A stretch of DNA of 64,000 bases, from the NCBI GenBank assembly GCA_020636995.1, contig JACJWU010000008.1, positions 555 to 64,554 on the forward strand, in the 5' to 3' direction. Shown here in pieces: positions 1 to 8,178 of the stretch. A program made the position numbers and the translations under genes. How positions within the stretch are numbered: position 1 is the stretch's first letter; each line of letters begins with the position of its first letter. This DNA comes from Actinomycetota bacterium. GTDB lineage: Bacteria > Actinomycetota > Actinomycetes > S36-B12 > UBA10799. The notes under the pieces are model-generated. The model had not been told where the DNA came from. It worked only from the letters and a program-made list of their open reading frames with translations, and did no database searches.

Positions 1-1631
1 CGGGCGTACAGCGTCTGCGCGACGCCCCGTGGCCACATCAGGAGGCTGACCAGCAGACTGATGCCGAGGCCCAGGGCCACGTCGATCAGACGGGCTGTGG
101 CGGTGTCCAGGCGAGCAGGCGCCATGATCGAGAACATCACGATGACCACGAAGCTGAATCCCGCCTGTCCGATGGCGTAGGACAGGGTGCCCGGTGTGTA
201 CGCCGCCCAGAACAGGGCCAATGGGAACAGCGCCCACCAGATGGCGGTGTTGTCGCCGATCAGCAGGATGCAGACGACCGACAGGACCACGCCGGCCGTG
301 GTTCCCACCAGCGCCTGCCGGGCGGTGCGTCCAGTGCCCATGGCATCGAACCGTAGGGCGCTGAGCGTGCCCAGGACTATCCAGAAGGGGTGCTCGAGAG
401 AGACCGATTTCGCCACCGCGATGCTGATGGACAGCGCGACCGCTGACCGCACCGCATTGCGGAACCACGGCGATGTCCAAGCGAAATGCGCCCGAAGCCG
501 TAGCGCGATACTCGGAGGTCGTAGGGCCGCCATGGTCGGTGTTCCGGGGGGATCGGCGAGGACATCGCCCGGACGGCCCGCGATGTGGATCGTCTGATCG
601 GTGATACGGGAGGTGATGAGGGTCGTGATCCGCACCGGGAAGGTGTCATCGATCTGCGTCCTCAGAGCAGTCGGGTCCTCGTGACCACGTTTGTCCGCCA
701 GCCAGTCGGACATGGCATCGAGGTTGCTGCCCCGGATCTCGAACATGTCCGCCGAGGACAGCGGCTCAGTGGGATGATCACGCAGTCGTTCGGCGCAGCG
801 CCGCAGACTCACCACCACGCGGCGACACAATTCGGCGGTCGCCGACTGGAGTTCGGGGTCGGTGTGGTCGGCCACGTCCTCCCATTTCTGCAGATACCGC
901 AGGCGGGTTGTCTCGTCCACGAGTTGAGCCAGGGCGCGATCCGACGACGTCACCCCGGAAGGTCGCAGGAGGTTCCCGTCGTAGTCGGTGTGCAAGGCAG
1001 CCACGGTGTCGTTCACGTGCGCCCTCAGCGGCTCGAGTTCGTCCGGGGGTGCGCCCTGGATCCAGCGCGCCTCACTGGCGTCGGCGACGGCGTCCAACAC
1101 GTCGGCCACACGCCGGCGGATCGGCCGCTTGCTGTGCGTGGGCCACAACAGCACCGCGGAGAGCGCCGCGGCCAGCCCGCCCACCAGCCAGCACACGAGA
1201 TCCGGACCCAGTAGCGCCGGGGTCGAGGCGGTGATCGCCAGAACCGTCGCCAGCAGGAGCACCGACTGTGCAGCCGCGATGAGTCCTCGCAGTACCCCCA
1301 GCAGGCCGATCACCATCGCGACCAACGCCATGGCCGCCACCGACGTCCACACGTTCTGGCCGGCGTACGCACCCAGTACCAGCAGGGGAACCCCGGCCAG
1401 GGTCGTGACGATGTTGGCGGTGAACCGCTGCCGCAGTGGTCCGCCGAAGTCGGCGAAGACGAGCAGGGCCAGACTGGCGAACGCTCCCATGAGCGCTCCC
1501 TGGGACACCCACGGAATCTGCAGGAGCACGGCCATCGTCACCGGTACGACTAGCGCGACCCGCAGGCCACGGCCCAACGCCCGACCGCGCGGGTCGTTGG
1601 CCAGCAGGGCCTTCCGGAGGGATTGCAGCAC
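1..1631 (-). CDS. FUSC-family (aromatic acid/fusaric acid exporter) membrane protein, 3' end outside window
   Basis: Not in the ORF track. Manual reading from GTG 1631 (MLQSLRKALLANDPRGRALGRGLRVALVVP...) and at the window edge (...YAIGQAGFSFVVIVMFSIM...ARLIDVALGLGISLLVSLLMWPRG) gives the same frame; hydrophobic pattern and RLIDVALG..LLWP are typical of FUSC. Confidence 0.75.
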   Translation of the reverse strand, partial: MLQSLRKALLANDPRGRALGRGLRVALVVPVTMAVLLQIPWVSQGALMGAFASLALLVFADFGGPLRQRFTANIVTTLAGVPLLVLGAYAGQNVWTSVAAMALVAMVIGLLGVLRGLIAAAQSVLLLATVLAITASTPALLGPDLVCWLVGGLAAALSAVLLWPTHSKRPIRRRVADVLDAVADASEARWIQGAPPDELEPLRAHVNDTVAALHTDYDGNLLRPSGVTSSDRALAQLVDETTRLRYLQKWEDVADHTDPELQSATAELCRRVVVSLRRCAERLRDHPTEPLSSADMFEIRGSNLDAMSDWLADKRGHEDPTALRTQIDDTFPVRITTLITSRITDQTIHIAGRPGDVLADPPGTPTMAALRPPSIALRLRAHFAWTSPWFRNAVRSAVALSISIAVAKSVSLEHPFWIVLGTLSALRFDAMGTGRTARQALVGTTAGVVLSVVCILLIGDNTAIWWALFPLALFWAAYTPGTLSYAIGQAGFSFVVIVMFSIMAPARLDTATARLIDVALGLGISLLVSLLMWPRGVAQTLYA

Positions 1632-1648
1632 CTTCGGAAGCGTAGTGC

Positions 1649-2617
1649 TCAGACCAGCACGAAGGCGCCGCGGACGTCACCGGCTTCGAGACGTTCCATT
1701 GCGCGCGGGGCCTCGGACAGTGGCAGCGTCTCGAACTGCGTGCGGACGCCGGCCTGGGGCACCAGGGCCAGGAAGTCCCGCACGTCGGCGCGGGTCACAT
1801 TGGCCACCGAGCGCAGGCTGCGTTCCCACCACAGATCGTCGTAGTTCAACTGCGGGATCCGGTCGAGGTGGATGGCGTTGATCGCGACAGGGGCGCCGCG
1901 GTCGACGGACTTCAGGGCAGCCACGACGACATCGCCGCTCGGGGCGAACGTCACAGCGGCGTCCAGCGGGACCGGAACCTGCTCGTCGTAGGTGCCGGCC
2001 CACACCGCCCCGAGGTCGCGCGCACGTTCGGCTTCCGCGGGCGAGCGTGTCACCACATAGCTCTCACAGCCCCAGTAGTTGGCCACCTGGATAGCGATTG
2101 TTGCCGAGGCCCCGAACCCGAAGAGGCCCAGACGCTTGCCCGCCGAATCGGCGCCGATGCCGGCCACCCGCAGGCTGCGGAAGCCGATGACCCCGCCGCA
2201 CAACAGGGGGGCGATCTCGGCCGGGTCGCCCTCGGGAAGTGGGTGCACGAAATCGGCGTGCGCGGTGACGAGTCCGGCATGGCCGCCATCGATGTCGTAG
2301 CCGGTGAACTTGGCGTGTTCGCAGAGGTTCTCCCGGTCGCTTCGGCAGAAACGACAGGCGCCGCACGAGTGAGCCAGCCACACCAGCCCGACACGGCGTC
2401 CCTGCAACGGGCCTTCGGACAGGACTTCGCCGACGACCTGGTGCCCCGGGATAAGCGGCAATCGGTGCGGCGGCAGATCCCCGTGCAGGATCTGCAGATC
2501 GGTGCGGCACACTGCCGACGCCTCCACCCGGATGAGGACCTCGCCGGGTCCGGGCTGCGGGTCGGGCCTTTCCTCGACGGTCAGGTGATCGACGGCGGTC
2601 ATCGTGGCGGCGTACAT
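1649..2617 (-). CDS. Zinc-binding alcohol dehydrogenase (AdhP-like MDR family)
   Basis: VCRTD, GHQVVG, structural Zn motif CGACRFCRSDRENLC, GLFGFG nucleotide-binding motif. Confidence 0.9.
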   Translation of the reverse strand: MYAATMTAVDHLTVEERPDPQPGPGEVLIRVEASAVCRTDLQILHGDLPPHRLPLIPGHQVVGEVLSEGPLQGRRVGLVWLAHSCGACRFCRSDRENLCEHAKFTGYDIDGGHAGLVTAHADFVHPLPEGDPAEIAPLLCGGVIGFRSLRVAGIGADSAGKRLGLFGFGASATIAIQVANYWGCESYVVTRSPAEAERARDLGAVWAGTYDEQVPVPLDAAVTFAPSGDVVVAALKSVDRGAPVAINAIHLDRIPQLNYDDLWWERSLRSVANVTRADVRDFLALVPQAGVRTQFETLPLSEAPRAMERLEAGDVRGAFVLV

Positions 2618-2646
2618 GGTGCCAGTGTGCCCCCGGACAGCGCGCG

Positions 2647-2894
2647 GTGACGGTTGAGCCCGGTTGGGGATTGCCGCGTGACGGTCGAGCCGGGTTGGGG
2701 ATCGGCCTGTGACGGTCGAGCCGGGTTGGGGATCGGCCTGTGACGGTCGAGCCGGGTTGGGGATCGGCCTGTGACGGTCGAGCCCGGTTGGGGATCGGCC
2801 TGTGACGGTCGAGCCGGGTTGGGGATCGGCCTGTGACGGTCGAGCCCGGTTAGGGATCGGCCTGTGACGGTCGAGCCCGGTTAGAGATCGGCAT
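2647..2894. repeat. Tandem array of 8 x 31-bp units (GTGACGGTCGAGCC(C/G)GGTTGGGGATCGGCCT); the last unit merges into palindromic element A1
   Basis: Units start at 2647, 2678, 2709, 2740, 2771, 2802, 2833 and 2864; no unique spacers. Confidence 0.95.
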
Positions 2895-2989
2895 CTTGGT
2901 TAGTCGGCGGCTGGTTGGTTAGAGTCCCACGGCCGTATAGGACTAACCGGAGTGCCGTGTCTCTAACCAGGATGCCGATCTCTAACCGG
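2877..2989. repeat. Nested palindromic REP/MITE-like element family A, copy 1 (113 bp)
   Basis: Terminal inverted repeat CCGGTTAGAGATCGGCATC...GATGCCGATCTCTAACCGG; three GGTTAG on the left, three CTAACC on the right; central GTCCCACGGCCGTA. Confidence 0.95.
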
Positions 2990-3030
2990 AGTGCCGTACG
3001 GCGCCCGCGGAGTTCACACGACTTGCCGCG

Positions 3031-3039
3031 TTATCCACA
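3031..3039 (+). promoter_or_regulatory. Perfect DnaA box (TTATCCACA) upstream of the nuclease gene
   Basis: Exact match to the DnaA-box consensus about 50 bp before the likely GTG at 3090. Function is untested. Confidence 0.5.
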
Positions 3040-3089
3040 GAATTGCGGCGGCATCCCACCTACGAGCCGGCTGCCACAACACTGGGCGG

Positions 3090-3998
3090 GTGTTCCGTAG
3101 ATCAGATCTCGCCTCATCAGGAGCCTCCCGCGCCCAGATCGACCAGCTCTGCAAGGAGTCCGAAAGACTCCGACGAGACGTCTGGATCGCCAAGGACATG
3201 GACCCCTGGGAGCGGCACGATGTGTTGGCGGGGGTGGTGTTGTCCGACCTGCAGCCGAGCGCGATGCTGACCGGTCCCACCGCCGCCTACCTACTCGGCC
3301 TGCCCCGCCCGAAGGTGCCTCCGGGGCAGATCTTTGTCCGCGGTGTTCCGCGCGGCGCGTATGGGGACGATGTGAAGGTGCTCGGCGGCGCGGCCCCGAT
3401 GACGATCCGTGACGGCGTGCGCATGGCCGACCCTGCGGTGGTGGTGGCGGACTGTGCTCGATGCCTGTCGGCACGGGACAGCTTGGCCATCGCCGATGCG
3501 GCAACCCACCAGCGCATGTGTGGTGTCGATGACCTTGCGGATGTCGCCGAGTCCTTCCACGGAAGACACGGTGTACGCCGGGTCGCATGGCTTGCCGAAA
3601 ACGTCGATCCGGCGGCCGAATCGCCGGGCGAGACCTGGACCTGCATCGTCCTGACGATGCTGGGCTATGCTCCGACATCCCAGGTGGTGGTTCGTGATGC
3701 GGGCAGGACCGCACGGGTTGACTTCCTCTTGGAGGATGGCCGCACCATTGTCGAGTTCGATGGGCTGATCAAGTATCAGACATCGGCGGCGACCGAAGTG
3801 AACAGCGAGAAGGACCGGCAAGCCTGGCTGGAATCTCTCGGCTACGTCGTGGTGCGGGTTCTGTGGAAGCATCTGGCTGATCCCGAGACCCTTGCCGCCC
3901 GGCTGGCTCGCCTTGGTGCGGTGCCTACAGGCAAGCCGATGGTGCTTCCCGCTGGCTGGCACCTGGTGGATCCCGTTAGAGATCGGCATCTTGGTTAG
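3090..3998 (+). CDS. AbiEi-like / DUF559 (Vsr-like PD-(D/E)XK) endonuclease-domain protein
   Basis: Motifs AESPGET, RVDF, VEFDGLIKY and EKDRQAWLESLGYVVVRVLW. The ORF is open from 2991, but GTG 3090 has a -10-like AACACT 6 nt upstream. The stop codon lies inside element A2. Confidence 0.8.
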   Translation: MFRRSDLASSGASRAQIDQLCKESERLRRDVWIAKDMDPWERHDVLAGVVLSDLQPSAMLTGPTAAYLLGLPRPKVPPGQIFVRGVPRGAYGDDVKVLGGAAPMTIRDGVRMADPAVVVADCARCLSARDSLAIADAATHQRMCGVDDLADVAESFHGRHGVRRVAWLAENVDPAAESPGETWTCIVLTMLGYAPTSQVVVRDAGRTARVDFLLEDGRTIVEFDGLIKYQTSAATEVNSEKDRQAWLESLGYVVVRVLWKHLADPETLAARLARLGAVPTGKPMVLPAGWHLVDPVRDRHLG

Positions 3999-4103
3999 TC
4001 GGCGGCTGGTTGGTTAGAGTCCCACGGCCGTATAGGGCTAACCGGAGTGCTGTATGTCTAACCAGGGTGCCGATCTCTAACCAGGCTGCCGATCTCTAAC
4101 CGG
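3973..4103. repeat. Family A palindromic element, copy 2, with a duplicated right arm
   Basis: Same sequence and orientation as copy 1, plus an extra 19-bp GCTGCCGATCTCTAACCGG at the right end. Confidence 0.95.
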
Positions 4104-4117
4104 AGTGCCCCGGGCTC

Positions 4118-5092
4118 TCAGCGCACCGCAGCACGAGCCAAACGATCCCGAACGGCGACCGCCAGCGCTGAACCATCCGCAGGGGGCTGAGCCCACACCA
4201 CCGGGAGACCCAGGGCGTCGGCGTCGCGCAGAGACCGGTACACCACCGCGGCGTAGGCGCGTGTGTCCTCGGGTTCGGCCAGTCGCACGGCTCCCGGTGG
4301 CGTCGGCACGCCGGTCAAAGCCAGGAACCCCTCGCCGGGGGCGGCGCCGTTCCCGAGATGTACGGCTGCGCGAGGCGCGTAGTGCGATGCCAGACCGCCA
4401 GGGGCTCGCACCGCCGAGCTCGCAGTCGACACCGGCCGGCCCCCGACGCGCTCGATCTCGTCGACCTCAACGGCTCCCCATCGAAGCACCCGAGGTCTGT
4501 CGTCAGTGCAGTCCAGGATGGTGGACTCCACGCCCACCGGGCACGGGCCGCCGTCGAGTACGAGGTCGTGGACAGGGTCGAGGCGGTCGCCGATGTCCGC
4601 GATCACGTCGGCTGCGGTGGTGGGTGAGACCTGGCCGAACCGGTTGGCGCTCGGCGCCGCCACAGCCCCGGCAGCCTCGATCACGGCCAGGGCGACCGGG
4701 TGCGCCGGGCAGCGCAGCCCGACCGTGTCCTGCCCGCCGGTCAGGTATCGCGGGACATCGTCCGCAGCGGGCACGACCAGGGTCAGGGGTCCCGGCCACA
4801 GCGCCGCCGCCAGGCGGGCCGCGTAGCCGGGGACGTTCTTGCCCCACGCCGGGAGGTCCGCCGGGCCGCTCACATGCACGATCACGGGGTGGTCGGACGG
4901 GCGGCCCTTGATCGTGAAGACCCTCCCCACGGCCGCACGGTCACGGGCCGCGGCGGCCAGTCCGTACACGGTTTCGGTGGGCAGGCCGACCACGCCGCCC
5001 GCAGCCAGGGCGTCGGCCGCGCGCGCAACCGCACCAGGTTCGACATGGCCGGAGCGCCACGCCGGGGTCACAAGGTCATCGGACATAGCCAT
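4118..5092 (-). CDS. sua5: L-threonylcarbamoyladenylate synthase (Sua5/TsaC)
   Basis: PTETVYGL, KGRPSDHPVIVH, WPGPLT, APSANRFG, GVESTI and C-terminal SHYAP motifs. Confidence 0.93.
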   Translation of the reverse strand: MAMSDDLVTPAWRSGHVEPGAVARAADALAAGGVVGLPTETVYGLAAAARDRAAVGRVFTIKGRPSDHPVIVHVSGPADLPAWGKNVPGYAARLAAALWPGPLTLVVPAADDVPRYLTGGQDTVGLRCPAHPVALAVIEAAGAVAAPSANRFGQVSPTTAADVIADIGDRLDPVHDLVLDGGPCPVGVESTILDCTDDRPRVLRWGAVEVDEIERVGGRPVSTASSAVRAPGGLASHYAPRAAVHLGNGAAPGEGFLALTGVPTPPGAVRLAEPEDTRAYAAVVYRSLRDADALGLPVVWAQPPADGSALAVAVRDRLARAAVR

Positions 5093-6525
5093 CGATCGAC
5101 CACATTGCTCCTGATCCGCGTGCAGTTGTCGTAGTCAATGGTCCCGATCGCCGGATCCACCTGCGACGGCGGCCTCCCGGTGACCACCCACACCCGGGGA
5201 GCATCAGTGAGTTCGGACACCAGCCATCCCCGCAAGGGTGTCCCCGTGAAGTCCTTCTGAACCACATGCACTGTCGCCTCCGCGGGGAGATTGCCGGGCA
5301 GCAGGAAGGTGGCGGGGTACTGCCCGTCGACGAGCACGACGTCGCCCGGCCGCACGGCGTCGAAGGCGCCGGGCTCCACCGCGAACCATGTGTCGCCGAA
5401 CGCCACCCGCCGCCCTTGCGCCGACTGGGTCGCAACACCCGTGACCACGATCGCGATCACGGCGACCGCCATGGCGATGCGGTGGCTCAAGACCAGCGTC
5501 AAGCACCAGACCAGGAGCACGCCCACAAGCATCTCCGCGGGGATCGCGTAACGGAGCACCCCGAAGACGGCCAGCCAGAGCACCGCGCCTACGGCGGCGA
5601 ACGTCATCACAGCAACTGCTGGTCGGGTCACCGAGCGGTACCCGATGAGGGCCAGCAACAGGATGAGCCCGAGGGCCAGCCACCGCGGATCCCGCACCGA
5701 CAGGTCCAGGACGCGGGCCGTCCCGGTGGCCATGTCCCACGGCCAGTGCAGCCATTCCCGAGCGCCGGTCACGCCGTAACGCTCGTCGGTCAGTGTTTCG
5801 GCGGGATACCAGCGGCTGCCGAAGATCGTGTTCCAGAAGGGGAAGGCCGGGCTCTCGTAGGTGCGCCACAACTGCCAGGCCCACCATGCCCCGGTGAGCA
5901 TCCAGCCGACCGCCGCGCCGATCAGCCACATCCCCAGCCGTACCAGCCGCCGGTCCCCCATCACGAACAGGGCGGCCACGGCCGCGATCGCGAACGGGGC
6001 ACTGGTGTACTTCAGTCCGACCGCCGCGCCGGCCAGGACACCGGCCCACGCCGCCGGCCACACGCCGTCGCGCAGCAGGAGCAGGAGACCGCCCAGCAGC
6101 ATGGTCGCCAGCCAGACATCGCTGTAGCTCGTACCGACCTCGCTGCGGAAGCCCGCGCCCACCATTGCGGCGGCGGCAGCGGTGGTACTGAGCGTGAGCA
6201 ACCATCCGCCGGTGGCCGGGATGATCCGCGCGGCGATGCGGCGCGACACCACCGCGGCGGTCCCGGCCATGGCGCCGAGAACGGCTTGCGCGGCGACCGG
6301 GGGCAGGTACGTGACCAGCACGTAGAAGGGCACCTGGGGCAAGGGGTTCTGGAACCGTCCCCCGTACAGGTCGGGGTCGGTGAAACCGCCGTGGAACAAC
6401 TGCCACGGGTACCAGTAGTGGTACTGCAGCTGATCCCAGTTGGCGTCCTGTCCGAGCAGTGCGGCCACGAGTGCGCAGACGCCGATCAGCGCGAGGTCGA
6501 CGACGAGGTTCCAGCGGCGCACCAC
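5068..6525 (-). CDS. Multi-pass membrane protein, putative GT-C-type glycosyltransferase
   Basis: DANWDQLQYHYW N-terminal loop, GLKYT, FPFWN and RDPRW motifs, many TM segments. Confidence 0.6.
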   Translation of the reverse strand: MVRRWNLVVDLALIGVCALVAALLGQDANWDQLQYHYWYPWQLFHGGFTDPDLYGGRFQNPLPQVPFYVLVTYLPPVAAQAVLGAMAGTAAVVSRRIAARIIPATGGWLLTLSTTAAAAAMVGAGFRSEVGTSYSDVWLATMLLGGLLLLLRDGVWPAAWAGVLAGAAVGLKYTSAPFAIAAVAALFVMGDRRLVRLGMWLIGAAVGWMLTGAWWAWQLWRTYESPAFPFWNTIFGSRWYPAETLTDERYGVTGAREWLHWPWDMATGTARVLDLSVRDPRWLALGLILLLALIGYRSVTRPAVAVMTFAAVGAVLWLAVFGVLRYAIPAEMLVGVLLVWCLTLVLSHRIAMAVAVIAIVVTGVATQSAQGRRVAFGDTWFAVEPGAFDAVRPGDVVLVDGQYPATFLLPGNLPAEATVHVVQKDFTGTPLRGWLVSELTDAPRVWVVTGRPPSQVDPAIGTIDYDNCTRIRSNVVDRWLCPMTL

Positions 6526-6579
6526 GCCATTGTTGCGTGGCGGGATCGCTACGCCGGTGATTGCTCCGCTGCTACAGCC

Positions 6580-7290
6580 CTAGGAACGGTAGACGTAGAC
6601 CTTGGTCCCGATCGGGGAGGACCGGTAGATCTCCCGGGCATCGCGGTACACCCGGACGTTGACACACCCCAGCGAGGCGCCGTTGTAGCCGTCGCGGTGG
6701 AAGCCGGGGGAGTAGTGCACCGCCTGGCCGCCGCTGAAGAACAGTGAGTACGGCATCGGTGTGTGCGCCAGGTCGCTGATCAAGTAGCGGATCTTTGAGA
6801 ACACCCGGAACCTGCCGTTGCGGGTGGGGGTCTGCTCGGCGCCGAACCTGACATCCGTCACCAACTGCTGCTTGCCGTTCTTCATCATGCGCAGCACCAA
6901 CTGCGTCTTGTCGATGCACAGCACGCGGCCGTCCTTGCAGGCCGCCGGCAACTTCCCGTTGCCGTAGAGCTTCTTGAGTTTCAGCGCCGGTGCCTTGGTC
7001 ACGTTGCCCGTGGGCCAGTAGCCGAACTTGTCCTGGAAGGACTTGTACGCCTTGACGGTCTTCTTGTCGAACACGCCCGTTGTGGGGGCCGTCTTGCCGA
7101 CCCCATTGAGCTGCTCCTGGATCCGCTCCACCGAGCGGCCCTGCATCCCGGGCCGGATCTTGGCCTTGCCCTTGTAGACGTCCTGCAGTGGTGGGGCCTT
7201 CTTGACTTCTTCAGCCGTCGGCGTCGGGGTCGGGGCAGGGGTCTCCTCGGCGGGGAGCAGGAAGACGGCAGCGGCCAGGGCGTCGATCAC
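6580..7290 (-). CDS. L,D-transpeptidase with peptidoglycan-binding domain, secreted
   Basis: Pro/Thr-rich N-terminus, PG-binding-like domain, catalytic HYSP...SLGCVN motif; start GTG 7290. Confidence 0.85.
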   Translation of the reverse strand: MIDALAAAVFLLPAEETPAPTPTPTAEEVKKAPPLQDVYKGKAKIRPGMQGRSVERIQEQLNGVGKTAPTTGVFDKKTVKAYKSFQDKFGYWPTGNVTKAPALKLKKLYGNGKLPAACKDGRVLCIDKTQLVLRMMKNGKQQLVTDVRFGAEQTPTRNGRFRVFSKIRYLISDLAHTPMPYSLFFSGGQAVHYSPGFHRDGYNGASLGCVNVRVYRDAREIYRSSPIGTKVYVYRS

Positions 7291-7366
7291 CCTTCCAGTG
7301 TCACCCGAGCGTCGCGGCGGATCAACACCGCCTTCGGATGAGTCCCACGCCATTAGGCTGTGACGC

Positions 7367-7816
7367 GTGTTATCGCCAGGGGAGGAGCCGGTCGACCCGG
7401 ATGTGATCCCCGGCGACGTTCCGCAGTCGCGTGTCTGGGACATTCTGCTCGTCGTGGCCCTCGGGGGCGCCCTCGGCGGGGCCGCCCGGGAAGCCGTCAA
7501 TCTCGCGCTGGCGGGACATCTCTTCCCCTGGGCCACCTTCACTGTCAACGTCGTCGGCTCCCTGTTGATCGGGGTGCTCATGTACTACGTGGTCGAGGTG
7601 AACCCCGACCACAGGTACGTGCGGCCGTTCCTCGGCGTCGGCGTGTTGGGGGGTTTCACGACGTTCTCCGCCTATGCCGTGGAGACCCGCGGGTTGCTCA
7701 CGGACGGACAGGTCCCGTTGGCGCTGCTCTACGTGTTCGGCAGTCTCCTGCTGGCGCTGCTGGCCACGTGGGCCGGACTCGGGCTCGGTCGACGGCTGAT
7801 GGGGGGCGACCGGTGA
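7367..7816 (+). CDS. crcB: Fluoride channel Fluc/CrcB, subunit 1
   Basis: GGALGGAAR, PWATFTVN and GVLGGFTTFS motifs. Confidence 0.92.
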   Translation: MLSPGEEPVDPDVIPGDVPQSRVWDILLVVALGGALGGAAREAVNLALAGHLFPWATFTVNVVGSLLIGVLMYYVVEVNPDHRYVRPFLGVGVLGGFTTFSAYAVETRGLLTDGQVPLALLYVFGSLLLALLATWAGLGLGRRLMGGDR

Positions 7817-8166
7817 GTCTGCTGCTCGTGGCGCTCGGGGCTGCCGTCGGTGCGGTGAGCCGCTGGCTGACCGACCGCTTCGTGCAGTCGCGCCACACGA
7901 GCTTCTTCCCGTGGGGGACGTTCACCGTCAACGTCCTCGGGTCGTTGGTTCTGGGCTTCTTGCTCGGACTCGATACGGCTCCCGACCTCCTGCTGGTGCT
8001 CGGCACCGGCTTCTGCGGAGGTTTCACGACGTTCAGCACGTTCAGCTTCGAGACCGTGGTGCTTGCCGGTGAGGGCCGCAGCGCGGTAGCGCGCATCTAC
8101 GTGGTCGCGAGCCTGGCGGCCGGGCTCGCGGCGGCCTACCTCGGCTGGTGGCTCGGAACGCTGTGA
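7813..8166 (+). CDS. crcB: Fluoride channel Fluc/CrcB, subunit 2
   Basis: GAAVGAVSR, FPWGTFTVN and GFCGGFTTFSTF; GTGA overlap with subunit 1. Confidence 0.92.
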   Translation: MSLLLVALGAAVGAVSRWLTDRFVQSRHTSFFPWGTFTVNVLGSLVLGFLLGLDTAPDLLLVLGTGFCGGFTTFSTFSFETVVLAGEGRSAVARIYVVASLAAGLAAAYLGWWLGTL

Positions 8167-8178
8167 GGCTGGCGCGTC

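Noticed and set aside
2647-2894. CRISPR array
   Set aside because: Units are contiguous with no unique spacers, and there are no cas genes in the window.
2877-2989. IS or transposon with a transposase
   Set aside because: No DDE or HUH transposase ORF in the window, and no consistent target-site duplication flanks the five copies.
3090-3998. Type IV toxin-antitoxin (AbiE) pair
   Set aside because: No adjacent AbiEii nucleotidyltransferase toxin; the gene is solitary.
7290-7366. Fluoride riboswitch upstream of crcB
   Set aside because: No match to the GGCGATGG...TGATG core, and the gene looks leaderless with no room for a 5' UTR.
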